DNA of 64,000 bases from an uncultured Chloroflexia bacterium (GCA_963801445.1 CAWDEW010000013.1:44927-108926); one strand, 5' to 3'; shown: positions 9,455 to 19,710, counted from the stretch's first letter. The notes: generated from the letters alone by a model not told the origin. Numbers and translations are program-made.

Positions 9455-10060
9455 GTGACACGACGCCCGATCGGGTGCCTCTTCGAGATCGTCGAGACGC
9501 TCGTCCTCACCCTGATCATCTTCTTCGTCATCCAGACGTTCGTCGCCCAGCCCTACCGCGTCGAGCAGCAGTCGATGGAGCACACGCTCGAGCCGGACCA
9601 GTACGTCCTGGTGGACAAGCTGACCCCCCACTTCGACGACTACAGCCGCGGTGACATCGTGGTCTTCAACCCGCCCCCGGCCTGGGCCGCGGGCACGCAG
9701 AACACACCGTTCATCAAGCGCGTGATCGGCGTGTCCGGCGACGCCATCGAGGTGAAGGACGGCAAGGTCTGGGTGAACGGGACGGCGCTCGACGAGCCGT
9801 ACACGTTCGACCTGCAGCCGACCACCGCCCAGGAGGAGCCGCACACCTGGACGGTCGGCCCCGGCCAGCTCTTCGTGATGGGCGACCACCGGGCCGCGTC
9901 CGCGGACTCGCGCTCCTTCGGCCCGATCGACAAGACCGAGGTGATCGGCCGGGCCTGGCTCCGCTACTGGCCACTGAACACGTTCGGGATCCTTCCGACG
10001 CCGACCTACCCGGCTCCCGTCGGGAACGGGGACGCGAGGCCCAGCCCCAGCGTCCCGTGA
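9455..10060 (+). CDS. lepB: signal peptidase I
   Basis: GTG start at residue 122 of ORF 9092..10060. One TM helix, then QSMEHTLEP..VLVDK..GDIVVF..IKRVIGVSGD..GDHRAASADSR S26 motifs. Confidence 0.8.
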   Translation: MTRRPIGCLFEIVETLVLTLIIFFVIQTFVAQPYRVEQQSMEHTLEPDQYVLVDKLTPHFDDYSRGDIVVFNPPPAWAAGTQNTPFIKRVIGVSGDAIEVKDGKVWVNGTALDEPYTFDLQPTTAQEEPHTWTVGPGQLFVMGDHRAASADSRSFGPIDKTEVIGRAWLRYWPLNTFGILPTPTYPAPVGNGDARPSPSVP

Positions 10061-10683
10061 CCCTCTTCCTCGTCGTCGCGAGCGTCGTGGTCGCGGTCGG
10101 CGCGGCCATCGCGGTCGGAGCCCGCGAGGCCCGGGTCGCGACCCTCGGCGTCGCGCTGGCGCTGGCGGCAGGTCCCTTCGTCGCCGACCCACTCCCCGAC
10201 CAGGCAGCGCTCGCGTTCCGGGTCGTGGCCGGGATCCTCGCCGCCTTCCTCATCCTCGTGGCCGCCCGGCGCGCGCCCGCACCCGCGGGCTCGCCTCTCG
10301 GCCTCCCGGCAATTCTCGCCGCGTCCGCCACCGGGTTCGCGGCCGGCGCCGGGGCCACCGCGGCGGCGCTGCCCGCGGCGGGAACGTCGCTTGCCGTCGC
10401 GGCCGGCCTCGCGGCGCTGGCGGTCGCGCTCGTGCCGGTGGCCCTGGCCCGCGACGCCTTCCGGCTGGGAAGCGGGCTGGCCGTCCTGGCGGCGGGCGCG
10501 CTGATGATCCGGACCGGGCTCTCCGGCACGCCCGGCGTGCTCGAGCTGCTCGTCGAGGGCGTCGCGCTCGTCGCCCTGGGCGCTGCTGTCGCGGCTCTCG
10601 TCGGGAACGCCGTGGCCGCGACCGGCGGGCTCGCCATCCCGGAGGCGGCGATCCGGCGGCGTGCCGCCGAGCCCGAGCGCTGA
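10057..10683 (+). CDS. Ala-rich polytopic membrane protein, possible NuoK/MnhC-like partner
   Basis: 208 aa, very hydrophobic. Its stop overlaps the lepB end, and the next gene starts 2 nt later. Confidence 0.35.
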   Translation: MTLFLVVASVVVAVGAAIAVGAREARVATLGVALALAAGPFVADPLPDQAALAFRVVAGILAAFLILVAARRAPAPAGSPLGLPAILAASATGFAAGAGATAAALPAAGTSLAVAAGLAALAVALVPVALARDAFRLGSGLAVLAAGALMIRTGLSGTPGVLELLVEGVALVALGAAVAALVGNAVAATGGLAIPEAAIRRRAAEPER

Positions 10684-10685
10684 CC

Positions 10686-12365
10686 GTGGGCCTGCTCCCC
10701 TTCCTGGCGGTCGCGACCCTCGGGGCGATCGTGGCGGCCGCGACCGCGCGGCGGCGCCGGATCGGCACGGTCGCCGGGTTCGGGGCGGTCCTCGCCGCGC
10801 TGGTCGCGATCCTCCTCCCGGCCGACGCGACCCCGCTCGCGCTCGGAGGAACCGCCCTCGTCGCGACCCCCTATCTCCGCCTGGTCGTCGGGCTCGCCCT
10901 GGGAGCTGGCCTGCTCCTCCTCGTCGTCACGCGCCTCGGGACCTGGCAGCCGGCCGGCCCCCCGACGCTGCTGGCCGCGGCCCTCGGCATCACGCTCGCC
11001 GCCGGCCTCAGCGACCCGTCGCCGGCCCTCCTCGCCGCCGCGGCGGCCACGCTCGCCACGAGCATCCTCGCGCTGGGCAGCCCGGCCGCCCCCAGCAGGG
11101 TGCGCGCGCTCGCTCGCGAGGCACGCGGCGCGGTGACGGCCGCAGCCGGCGCGCTCGTTGCCGCGGCTGTCGTGGCCGGGCCCGGCGCCTCGGCCGGCGG
11201 GCCGACGATCGCTCCTGCCGTCGCCGGGCTCGTCCTGCTCCTGGCGGCGCTCGTGCTGGCCCACCGGTTCGGCGCGATCCCGCTCCATGCCCGGACGGCG
11301 CGCCTCGCCGATGCGGCGCCCTCTTCGACCTTCGCCGTGCTTGTCGTCCTGGTCCCGGTCGGGTGGGTGATCGCGCTGCTCGCCTGGGCACCGGGCGCGC
11401 TGGGGCCCTACAGCGCAGGCATGGGACTGGAGCGGGCGCTCATCGTCGGTCTGGCCCTCGCCACGATCGTGCTCGGAACCGTTGCCGCGCTCGTCCAGGA
11501 CGAGGTCGAGCACGTCATCGCCTACACGGTGGCCCTGGAGGCCGGCGTCGCCCTCCTCGCCTTCGCGGCGCTCGATCCGGGTGTCGCCGGATCCGCGCGG
11601 ACCTGGCTCATCGTCTTCCTGGCCACGCGACTTGCGCTGGTGGGCTGGGCGATCGCCTTCCGGTCCACCTTCGGGACGGGGCGCCTCGCGGAGACGGCCG
11701 GGTGGGCACGCCGGGCCCCGGCGCTCGCCACCTGCCTCGTCATCGTGCTCGTCGCGGCGGTCGGGTGGCCGGGGATCGCCGCCTGGGATGCGCGGCTGGC
11801 CGTCCTGCAGGGTGCCGCCGCCGGGCCGGCGCTCCTGCTGGCCTATCTCGGGACCCTGGGGACGGGCCTCGCCCTTGCCCGGATGCTGGCCATCGGTGCC
11901 GCCCGACCCAGCAGGATCGTCATCGCGGCCCCCGGCGAGCTGCCGCGGCTCCCGGCTCCCATCGCTGACCAGGGCGCCCCGGGCAGCCCCGTCCGTCCCG
12001 GGTCGACCGCGCCGGCGGCGGCCGGAGGCGCCGGGACCGCCCGTCCCGGGTCGACCGCGCAGGCCGATGCCACGGGCGGGGCAGGCGGTGGAGACGCCCG
12101 GCGATCCGCGCGTGGGGCGGGGACCGTCGACCCCTCCCGGCGCCGCACTGTCCGCTTCGCCCGGGACGACGGGCTCGTGCTCCTGCGCCTGAACCGCACG
12201 CCCCTTCGGGCGTTCGCGGCCGTGCTCCTGGCCGGCCTGGCGCTGCTCGTCGCCGTCGGCGGCTTCGGGGTCTCGGCGGCGGCGAGCGCGCCCGGCCCCG
12301 TCTCGCCGACGGGGGCCCCGACCCCCTCCCCGATCGTCGCGCTGCCGGGACCGCCGACCGGTTGA
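10686..12365 (+). CDS. divergent proton-conducting-membrane-transporter family protein (NuoN/MnhD-like)
   Basis: 559 aa with about 14 TM helices. GAIPLHARTARLADAAPSSTFAVL resembles the NuoL/M/N PFHxWLPDA..PTPVSA motif, and LVQDEVEHVIAYTVALEAG resembles KRLLAYSSI. Key residues are degenerate. The C-terminal tail is Pro/Gly-rich. Confidence 0.5.
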   Translation: MGLLPFLAVATLGAIVAAATARRRRIGTVAGFGAVLAALVAILLPADATPLALGGTALVATPYLRLVVGLALGAGLLLLVVTRLGTWQPAGPPTLLAAALGITLAAGLSDPSPALLAAAAATLATSILALGSPAAPSRVRALAREARGAVTAAAGALVAAAVVAGPGASAGGPTIAPAVAGLVLLLAALVLAHRFGAIPLHARTARLADAAPSSTFAVLVVLVPVGWVIALLAWAPGALGPYSAGMGLERALIVGLALATIVLGTVAALVQDEVEHVIAYTVALEAGVALLAFAALDPGVAGSARTWLIVFLATRLALVGWAIAFRSTFGTGRLAETAGWARRAPALATCLVIVLVAAVGWPGIAAWDARLAVLQGAAAGPALLLAYLGTLGTGLALARMLAIGAARPSRIVIAAPGELPRLPAPIADQGAPGSPVRPGSTAPAAAGGAGTARPGSTAQADATGGAGGGDARRSARGAGTVDPSRRRTVRFARDDGLVLLRLNRTPLRAFAAVLLAGLALLVAVGGFGVSAAASAPGPVSPTGAPTPSPIVALPGPPTG

Positions 12366-12412
12366 CCCGACGGGCCGAACGCGTCCCGGAGGCCCCGGGC
12401 GCCCGGCTGCGC

Positions 12413-12871
12413 TCAGCTCCCCGGGGCGAGCACCCAGCGGTCGACCTCGCGGGAGTAGGAGAGCACGCCCTCCGGGAACCAGAGGTCGAGCTCGGATGCG
12501 GCCGTGTCGGGTCCGTCGGAGGCGTGGATCAGGTTCTGGGCGACCTCCAGCGCGAAGTCGCCGCGGATCGTGCCCGGCGCGGCCTCCCACGGGCGGGTCG
12601 CACCGACCATCGAGCGGACCACCCCGATCGCGTTCGGTCCTTCGACGGCGATGGCCACGAGCGGGCTCGAGGTGATGAAGTCCACGAGCCCGGCGAAGAA
12701 GGGCCTGTCCCGATGGATCGCGTAGTGCTCTTCGGCGAGGTTGCGCGAGACCTGCACGAGCTTGAGCCCGACGAGCTTGAGGCCCTTGTCCTCGAGCCGG
12801 CCGATGACCCGGCCGACGAGCAGGCGCTGCACGCCGTCCGGCTTGATGAGCACGAGGGAACGTTCGGTCAT
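12413..12871 (-). CDS. ndk: nucleoside diphosphate kinase
   Basis: MTERSLVLIKPDGVQR...NLIHASDGP motifs. Confidence 0.9.
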   Translation of the reverse strand: MTERSLVLIKPDGVQRLLVGRVIGRLEDKGLKLVGLKLVQVSRNLAEEHYAIHRDRPFFAGLVDFITSSPLVAIAVEGPNAIGVVRSMVGATRPWEAAPGTIRGDFALEVAQNLIHASDGPDTAASELDLWFPEGVLSYSREVDRWVLAPGS

Positions 12872-13965
12872 GGGAGCTCTCCCCTGGGGGTCTGCGGGGG
12901 TCGGCGCGGCGCCGTCTCCCCGGGACTGGCTGCGGATGGATCGGCGGGCGACGCCCCTGCTTCATCGCCTCCCGCGCTCGAGCCCGGTCCGGGACCGCGC
13001 TCCGTGAATCCGCGATCGACGACGTCATCGAGGGCGAGGCGACGCGCCGAAGCGTAGGCGATCGCTGCCTCATCGTGACGGCCGAGGGCGCGCAGGGCAT
13101 CGACCAGGACGATCGTCAGGGGCAGCCGCGCCGCCTGGCTGGCCCCGGAGGTGGCGCACGCGTCGAGCGCATCGAGGACCCCGGAGTGCACGACGTTCGC
13201 GTCCCCGTCCGGGTCGCGCAGGGCGATCGCCAGGAGCGTGGCCGCCGCGGCCGGGTCTTCGCGCTGGGTCGCCTTCGCGGCGACCAGGAGCCCCTCGAAC
13301 GTGCCCGAACCGGGATCCCCCGGCTGGCCCGGCGCTTCGCCACCAGCGCCCGGGACGGTCTCGGGGAGCCAGGGGAGCGCCGGCTCCGCGACCGCCGGAA
13401 CCGGCGCCGCCAGCTTCGCCCAGGGGAACGCGAGGCCTGCGCTTCGTGCCCCGTCGGCCTCCGTGCCGGGCCCGAACGGCGGCCAGGCGTCGGCGCGGGG
13501 CGGGATCCCGGCGAACAGGTCGTCGAGGGCCTCGACGAGCGCGGCCCCAGCTTCCGGATCGGGCCGTGCGCCGGGATCCGCCGACACCCCGGGCGATCCG
13601 TCGGGCTCGAGACCGCCCGCCGGGCCGCCGAGGGCGACCAGGGCGGCCGGGAGGTGCAACCGCACGTCCGCCTCGCGGCCGCGCACGAAGGCGCTCTCCG
13701 CGACGACGGCATGGGCGAGGGCCTGATCGCGCGCCGGGGCGGCATCCGAGGCCGTCGTCCGCAGCCACGCCGTGGCGGCCGCCGCCGCGCCGCGCAGGTC
13801 GCCCGTCCGCCAGCGGGCTTCGGCCAGGTCGAGGATTGCCGGCGGGTCCAGGGCCTCGCCGCCGGCCAGCTCCTCGAGCTCCACGCGGGCCAGGCGCAGC
13901 GCCCCGCTGCGCAGGTGCAGCCCCGCCAGGCGCAGCTGGTCGGTCCGCTCGGCGGCGGTCGTCAT
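12868..13965 (-). CDS. hypothetical Ala/Pro-rich protein (365 aa)
   Basis: Translationally coupled on both sides: ATGA with the M16 stop and ATGA with the ndk start. No recognisable domain. It is the C-terminal part of the artefactual 746-aa ORF 12868..15108. Confidence 0.45.
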   Translation of the reverse strand: MTTAAERTDQLRLAGLHLRSGALRLARVELEELAGGEALDPPAILDLAEARWRTGDLRGAAAAATAWLRTTASDAAPARDQALAHAVVAESAFVRGREADVRLHLPAALVALGGPAGGLEPDGSPGVSADPGARPDPEAGAALVEALDDLFAGIPPRADAWPPFGPGTEADGARSAGLAFPWAKLAAPVPAVAEPALPWLPETVPGAGGEAPGQPGDPGSGTFEGLLVAAKATQREDPAAAATLLAIALRDPDGDANVVHSGVLDALDACATSGASQAARLPLTIVLVDALRALGRHDEAAIAYASARRLALDDVVDRGFTERGPGPGSSAGGDEAGASPADPSAASPGETAPRRPPQTPRGELP

Positions 13966-15236
13966 GGAAGCCTCGGGAGGATGAGGGCCGAGGCGAGGCT
14001 GCGTCCCTTGCCGGCCGGTGCCACGACCGCCAGGCGCAACCCCTCGTCGCAGAACAGGCGGCCGGCCAGCGCCCGGACGTCTGCAGCGGTGACCGCCTCG
14101 ATCTCGACCAGGGCCTCGTCCGGCGTCAGGACCCGGTCGTGGAGGGCCTCCTGGGTGCCGATCCACGAAGCGAGGTAGCGGGTCTCGTCGAGCCGGAGCT
14201 CGAGGCGGCCCGCGAGGTAGGCCTTGACCTTGCGCAGCTCGGGCTCCGGGACGAGCTCCTCGCGCAGGCGCACCAGCTCCTCGAGGATCGCGGCGACCGT
14301 CGGACGGATCTTGCCCGGATCGACGCCGGCATAGACCGAGAGGACGCCGGCGTCCGAGTAGCTGACGATCGAGCTCCCCACGTCGTAGGCGAGGCCGCGC
14401 TCCTCGCGGACCTCCAGGAAGAGGCGGCTGGACATCCCGTCGCCGAGGATCGCGTTGAGGACCGAGAGCGACCACTGGTCGACGTGATCCCGGCGCAGCC
14501 CGGGCACGCCCAGGACGAGCTGGGCCTGCACCGTGGCCCGGCTGGCCCGGAGGGTGCGCTCCCCGGCCGGGATCGCCGGCGCCGGGGCGTAGCCGGGCGC
14601 ATCCGAGCGGCCCGTCCCGAAGGCAGCCGCGGCGAGCTCGACGACGCGCTCGTGGGGCAGGTCGCCGGCGGCCGCGACGACGACGTTGGCCGGGCGGTAG
14701 AAGACCTCCCAGAACCGGCGGATGGCCGTCGCGGGAAGAGCCCGCACGCCTTCCTCGGAGCCGGCGATCTCGCGGCCCAGCGGGCTGTCGCCGAAGAGGG
14801 CCAGGTCGAAGAGGACGTTCACGTGCTCGGCGGGGTCGTCCAGGTAGGAGCGCACCTCCTCCACGATCACGTCGCGCTCGTGCTCGATCTCGGCCTCGTC
14901 GAGGATCGGGCGGGCGACGAGCTCGCCCAGCACGTGCATCGCGGTCTCGACGTGGCGGACCGGAACCCGGACGTAGTAGACCGTGGTCTCGCGGTCGGTG
15001 GAGGCGTTGAACGAGCCGCCCAGCCCCTCGACGGCTTCCGAGAGCGCCCGCGTCGTCGGGTAGTCGCGGGTCCCCTTGAAGGTGATGTGCTCCATGAAGT
15101 GAGCGCATCCGGCCTGGTCGGGGGCCTCGTGGCGGGAGCCGGCCAGCACGTGCGCCTCGATCGTGACCGACCGCGAGCCGGGCAGCCGCGCCGAGATGAC
15201 GCGCGGCCCGTCGGACAGCGCCGTTCGCTCGAACAT
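13962..15236 (-). CDS. M16 family zinc peptidase (insulinase/pitrilysin-like)
   Basis: Starts at MFERTALSDG... (residue 44 of the ORF). Inverted zinc motif HFMEH...E and the M16 N- and C-domain pattern are present. Confidence 0.8.
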   Translation of the reverse strand: MFERTALSDGPRVISARLPGSRSVTIEAHVLAGSRHEAPDQAGCAHFMEHITFKGTRDYPTTRALSEAVEGLGGSFNASTDRETTVYYVRVPVRHVETAMHVLGELVARPILDEAEIEHERDVIVEEVRSYLDDPAEHVNVLFDLALFGDSPLGREIAGSEEGVRALPATAIRRFWEVFYRPANVVVAAAGDLPHERVVELAAAAFGTGRSDAPGYAPAPAIPAGERTLRASRATVQAQLVLGVPGLRRDHVDQWSLSVLNAILGDGMSSRLFLEVREERGLAYDVGSSIVSYSDAGVLSVYAGVDPGKIRPTVAAILEELVRLREELVPEPELRKVKAYLAGRLELRLDETRYLASWIGTQEALHDRVLTPDEALVEIEAVTAADVRALAGRLFCDEGLRLAVVAPAGKGRSLASALILPRLP

Positions 15237-15327
15237 CGGGCGAAGGGTACCGGAAAGGGAAGCGCTCGGCCGGGTCCCCCGGACGGGGGACCCGGCCGAG
15301 CGCCGGAGGCGCGCCCGCAGGGGCGGG

Positions 15328-16675
15328 CTACTTCGGCAGGTTGGCCAGGATCCAGGTCTGGGCAAAGAAGATCACGAAGCCGATCGAGACGACCCACATC
15401 AGCGGGTGGATCTCGCCGACCTTGCCCTTGAACAGCTTGATCAGGACCCAGGAGATGAACCCGGCGCCGATCCCGACCGTGATGTCGTAGGTCAGGGGCA
15501 TCAGGATCATCGTCAGGAGGGCGGGGAACCCATCCTCGACGTCGGTCACGTCGATGCCCTTGACCTGGGTGAACATCAGGTAGCCGACCAGGATCAGCGC
15601 GGGCGCGGTGGCGACGAGCGGGATGATCCCGGCGATCGGCGAGAGCACGATCGCGATCAGGAAGAGGGCGCCGGTCACGACCGACGTGAACCCGGTCCGG
15701 CCCCCCTCGGCCACGCCGGCGGCCGATTCGATGTAGGTCGTGTTCGAGCTGACCCCGGCGGCCCCACCGACTGCGGCCGCGATGGAGTCGACGAGGAGGA
15801 CCGGCCCGATGTTCGGGACCGAGCCGTCTTCACGGGCGAGCCCGGCCTCGGCCGCGACGCCGGTGACCGTGCCCATCGTGTCGAAGAAGTCCGTGAGCAT
15901 GATCGCGAAGACCGTCAGGACGGCCGCGATCGGGCTCAGCTTCGAGAAGACCTGGAACGGGTCCACGTGACCGAGCGTGGAGAACGACGGGGTCAGCACC
16001 AGGTCGGTCGGGAGCGTGGCAACGCCGGCCAGGATCGCGACGACCGTGGTGACCAGGATGCTGATGACCAGGGCGGCCCGGATGCGCAGGACCCACAGTG
16101 CGATCGTCAGGATCAGGCCGATCCAGAAGACGAAGTCGGCCGGCGCGCTCGGCATGTGGAACGTGACGAGCGTCGCCGGCGCGTTGGCGACGATGAACCC
16201 GCCGTTGGCGAAGCCGATGAAGAGGATGAACAGGCCGATGCCGACGCCGATCGCGCGCTTCAGGGCGAGCGGGACGGCATTCATCACCGCCTCCCGGAAG
16301 CCGACGACGACGAGGACCGTGACCGCGATGCCCTCGAGCAGGATCACGCCCATCGCACCGGCGGGCGAGAGCCCCTGGCCGATCAGCGAGTAGGCCACGA
16401 TCCCGTTGATGCCGAGGCCCGCGGCCAGCGCCAGGGGGTAGTTGCCGACGACGCCCATGGCGATCGTCATGATCCCGGCGATGAGCGCGGTCCCGGCCGA
16501 TAGGGCGACCGCCGTGAACGCCGAATTCGGCGTCCTTGAACCCGCCCATCAGGATGATCGGGTTCAGGAAGATGATGTAGGCCATGACCATGAAGGTGGT
16601 CAGGCCCGCCCGCGCCTCCGTGGCGAAGCTGGTCGCCCGCTCCTCGAACCTGAAGTACTGCGCGATCGCATTCAC
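15328..16675 (-). pseudogene. NCS2-family guanine/hypoxanthine (AzgA/PbuG-like) permease, disrupted by a single +1 frameshift
   Basis: The N-terminal 50 aa (VNAIAQYFRFEERATSFATEARAGLTTFMVMAYIIFLNPIILMGGFKDAEF) are in the frame of ORF 15830..17599. The remainder (..TIAMGVVGNYPLALAAGLGINGIVAYS...) is in ORF 15328..16470. Total span is 1348 nt (3n+1). The switch is at about 16525, inside the palindrome acgccgaattcggcgt. Confidence 0.7.
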
Positions 16676-16791
16676 TCGATGAGACCCTCCCTCTCCCTGG
16701 TGGCTGACCCCCGCCGAGGCGGGCCGCCCTCCCGGCGGCGCCCGCGGCCCTCCCGTTGCCCGGCGACCTCCCGGATCGCTCCGGGTCCGTC

Positions 16792-17277
16792 CTAGGAGCT
16801 CCCGTCCCCCTCCGGCCCGAGGAGCTCCATCTGGACGAAGCCGCTCGTGTCGAACGCAAGCTGGTGGGGAGCCTGGGCGCTCACCGCGAGCTCGCCGATC
16901 GGCGCGTACTCGAGCACGACGCGTTCGTCGGCCTGGACGAGCGTGTAGACGATCAGCTGGTCGGGCCGGGTCTCGAACTCGAGATGCTCGAACGAGTCCA
17001 CGTTCAGGCTGATCGAGACGGGGGTGAAGTAGCTCGACGTCTCCGGCTCGTCGATCACGACCCGCTCCACCCACCCGGCGCCCGACGCGACCAGCTCCCG
17101 CCCGCGGAAGTATTGGTACGAGACGGTCTGCTTCAGGAGCGGCCGGAGCAGGTTGTGGATGTCGGCGCGGAAGGAGACGATGCCGCTGTTCACGAAGAAC
17201 TTCGCGGGGCTCTGGCGCGCCATCGGGCTCCTCCTGCCGGGGCCGTGCCCGGGAGGTGCTGGGTGCCGCCGGGGCAA
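16792..17277 (-). CDS. hypothetical acidic protein (about 143 aa if it starts at MARQSPAKFF)
   Basis: ORF divergent from coaX with no recognised family. The start may be the internal ATG at about 17223. Confidence 0.4.
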   Translation of the reverse strand: MPRRHPAPPGHGPGRRSPMARQSPAKFFVNSGIVSFRADIHNLLRPLLKQTVSYQYFRGRELVASGAGWVERVVIDEPETSSYFTPVSISLNVDSFEHLEFETRPDQLIVYTLVQADERVVLEYAPIGELAVSAQAPHQLAFDTSGFVQMELLGPEGDGSS

Positions 17278-17392
17278 CCGGGGCGTCGATGGGCGGATCG
17301 TAGCGCAGCCGGGGCGCCGCGGGGAGCCCGAATCCGGTTGCGATTCGGTTGCTCCGCCGTCGCCCCGTTCCGGGCGGGCCTATCATCGAGCC

Positions 17393-18256
17393 ATGCTCCT
17401 CGCGGTCGACATCGGCAACTCCAACGTCACCCTCGCGCTTGCCCGCGACGGCGTGCTGGGGACGATCCGGCGAGTCGTCACGAACCCGCGGGCGACGCCC
17501 GACGAGCTCGAGGTGATGCTGGACGGCCTCCTGCGCCTCGACGGAGCGCGCCTGGGCGAGGGCGATCCGGACCGGTCCGCGGCGCCCGCGGGCGGGCATG
17601 GTCGGGCCGAGGACGGGTCCGTGCGGACGATCGCCGCCTGCACGACCGTGCCGGCGCTGGGGGCCGCCCTGGAGGTCGTCGCCGACCGGCGGCGCATCCC
17701 CTGCCTCGTCGCATCAGGGGTCACGGTGCCGATCGCGATCCACACGGAGCGCCCGGGCGAGGTCGGCCCCGACCGGCTCGTCAACGCCTACGCCGCGGCC
17801 CACCTGTACGGCATCCCTGCGATCGTCGTGGACTGCGGGACCGCGACCACGATCGACGCGATCGACGAGGCCGGCGCCTTCATCGGCGGGGCGATCGCGC
17901 CGGGCCTGGAGATCGGCCTCGAGAGCCTTGCGGCACGCACGGCGCGTCTCCCGCGCGTGGAGCTGCGCCTCCCGGACACGGCGATCGGCAAGGACACCGC
18001 GGCCGCGATCCGGTCGGGGACCGTGCTGGGGCACCGGGCGATGATCGAGGGCCTGCTCGTCCGGATCCGCCGCGAGCTTGCCGCCTCGGCTGCGGTCGCG
18101 CCCGAGGAGGTGCGCACGATCCTCACGGGCGGCCTCAGCATGCTGGCCTGGGCCAGGACGGTCGAAGGCGTGGACGCCGTGGACCCGGCCCTCACCCTCC
18201 GCGGCCTGGTCGCGTTCCACCGTGCCGTGGGCGGGTCGGACGAGGACGGCGCGTGA
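17393..18256 (+). CDS. coaX: type III pantothenate kinase
   Basis: MLLAVDIGNSNVTLAL ... VVDCGTATTIDAI ... motifs. A TATCAT -10 element sits 6 nt upstream of the ATG (leaderless-type). Confidence 0.85.
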   Translation: MLLAVDIGNSNVTLALARDGVLGTIRRVVTNPRATPDELEVMLDGLLRLDGARLGEGDPDRSAAPAGGHGRAEDGSVRTIAACTTVPALGAALEVVADRRRIPCLVASGVTVPIAIHTERPGEVGPDRLVNAYAAAHLYGIPAIVVDCGTATTIDAIDEAGAFIGGAIAPGLEIGLESLAARTARLPRVELRLPDTAIGKDTAAAIRSGTVLGHRAMIEGLLVRIRRELAASAAVAPEEVRTILTGGLSMLAWARTVEGVDAVDPALTLRGLVAFHRAVGGSDEDGA

Positions 18257-19710
18257 GCACGCCCCACCTCGCCGCGCCGGGAGCCACGGCGCCGGGCCCG
18301 ACCGCCTCGCCGGGCGTCGGCCGGCTCGCCGGACGGCTCGTCGCCCTGGGGATCACGGGGTCGATCGCCGCCTTCAAGGCCGTGGACCTGCTCCGGCTGC
18401 TGCGCGCCGAAGGGGCCGACGTGGTGGTGCTCATGACCCCCTCGGCGACCCGCTTCGTGGCGCCGCTGACACTCGCCGCGCTCTCGCGCCACCACGTCGA
18501 TGCCGACGTGCTGGACCTGCTCCCGGACGGGCGGATCGGCCACGTGATCGTCGCCGATGCGGCCGACGCGATCCTGGTCGCCCCGGCGACGGCGCACTGG
18601 CTGGGGGCGATGGCCAACGGCCTCGCGGCGGACGTCGTCACGGCCGCCTGCCTCGCCTCTGCGGCGCCCGTCGTCGTGGCCCCCGCGATGGACGGCGAGA
18701 TGTACGCCCACCCGGCGACCCAGGGGAACGTCCGGCGGCTGCACGACGACTTCGGCTACACCATCGTGGATCCCGAGGCAGGATCGCTCGCCTCCGGGCA
18801 GTCCGGAATCGGTCGCCTGGCGGGGCTGGAGCGGATCGTCGATGCCGTCGCGGCCGCGGTGGCGGGAAGGGCGGTTCGCAAGCCGGATCCCGCGGATCGT
18901 CCCCCCCGACTCAGCGACACGACCGCCGACACCCTCGCCCGGGACGGCGACGACCTCGTCGGCCGGCACGTCGTCGTCACCGCCGGGGGCACGGCGGAGC
19001 CGATCGACCCGGTCCGCTACATCGGCAACCGGAGCACCGGGGCCCAGGGCACGGCCATCGCCGAGGCCGCGCGCGACCGGGGTGCGCGGGTGACGCTGGT
19101 CGCCGGGATGGTCAGCGTCCCGATCCCCGAGGGCGTGGCGGTGGTCCGGGCCGAGACGGCCGGCGCGATGCGGACGGCGCTCGGGTCGCTCCTGGTCACG
19201 CCCGGGGGGCAGGCCGGCTTCGACGCCCTGGTCATGGCGGCGGCGGTGGCGGACTTCCGTCCATCGGCCCCGGCTGACCGTAAGCTGCCGCGCACGGAAC
19301 AGCCTCTCACGATCGAGCTGCTCCCCAACCCGGACCTTCTCGCGGAGGTCGGCCGTCTCGTCCGCGGGCTCGACGCCGAGGGCGCGCCGACGGGCAGCCC
19401 GCTCCTTCCTCGCCCGGTGCTGGTCGGGTTCGCGGCGGAGACGGGCAGCCTCGCCCGGGCCGCCGGGAAGCTCGCCCAGAAGCGCGTGGACCTGCTCGTG
19501 GCGAACGACGTGGCGGAACCCGGGGCGGGCTTCGGCGGCACCACGAACCGGGTGACGATCCTGGCCGCGGACGGCAGCGAGGAAGCGCTCCCGCTCCTCA
19601 CGAAGCGCGAGGTGGCGGATCGGGTCCTCGACCGGGTGGCCGCCGCGCTGGACGATCGAGACGCCGCGGCGCAGACTGGCCGGAACCCGCAGGAGACCAC
19701 CGCCTCGTGA
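18253..19710 (+). CDS. coaBC: bifunctional phosphopantothenoylcysteine decarboxylase / phosphopantothenate-cysteine ligase
   Basis: The GTG overlaps the coaX stop (GTGA). Flavoprotein domain (GITGSIAAFK, PAMDGEMY) followed by the CoaB domain (VTAGGTAEPIDPVRYIGNRSTG). Confidence 0.85.
   Translation: MSTPHLAAPGATAPGPTASPGVGRLAGRLVALGITGSIAAFKAVDLLRLLRAEGADVVVLMTPSATRFVAPLTLAALSRHHVDADVLDLLPDGRIGHVIVADAADAILVAPATAHWLGAMANGLAADVVTAACLASAAPVVVAPAMDGEMYAHPATQGNVRRLHDDFGYTIVDPEAGSLASGQSGIGRLAGLERIVDAVAAAVAGRAVRKPDPADRPPRLSDTTADTLARDGDDLVGRHVVVTAGGTAEPIDPVRYIGNRSTGAQGTAIAEAARDRGARVTLVAGMVSVPIPEGVAVVRAETAGAMRTALGSLLVTPGGQAGFDALVMAAAVADFRPSAPADRKLPRTEQPLTIELLPNPDLLAEVGRLVRGLDAEGAPTGSPLLPRPVLVGFAAETGSLARAAGKLAQKRVDLLVANDVAEPGAGFGGTTNRVTILAADGSEEALPLLTKREVADRVLDRVAAALDDRDAAAQTGRNPQETTAS

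Noticed and set aside
10057-12365. Possibility that the 208-aa and 559-aa membrane ORFs are one gene split by a frameshift
   Set aside because: Joining them would need a deletion, opposite to the uniform insertion pattern of all other breaks. The second ORF also starts with GTG just 2 nt after the first stop. Kept as two coupled genes.
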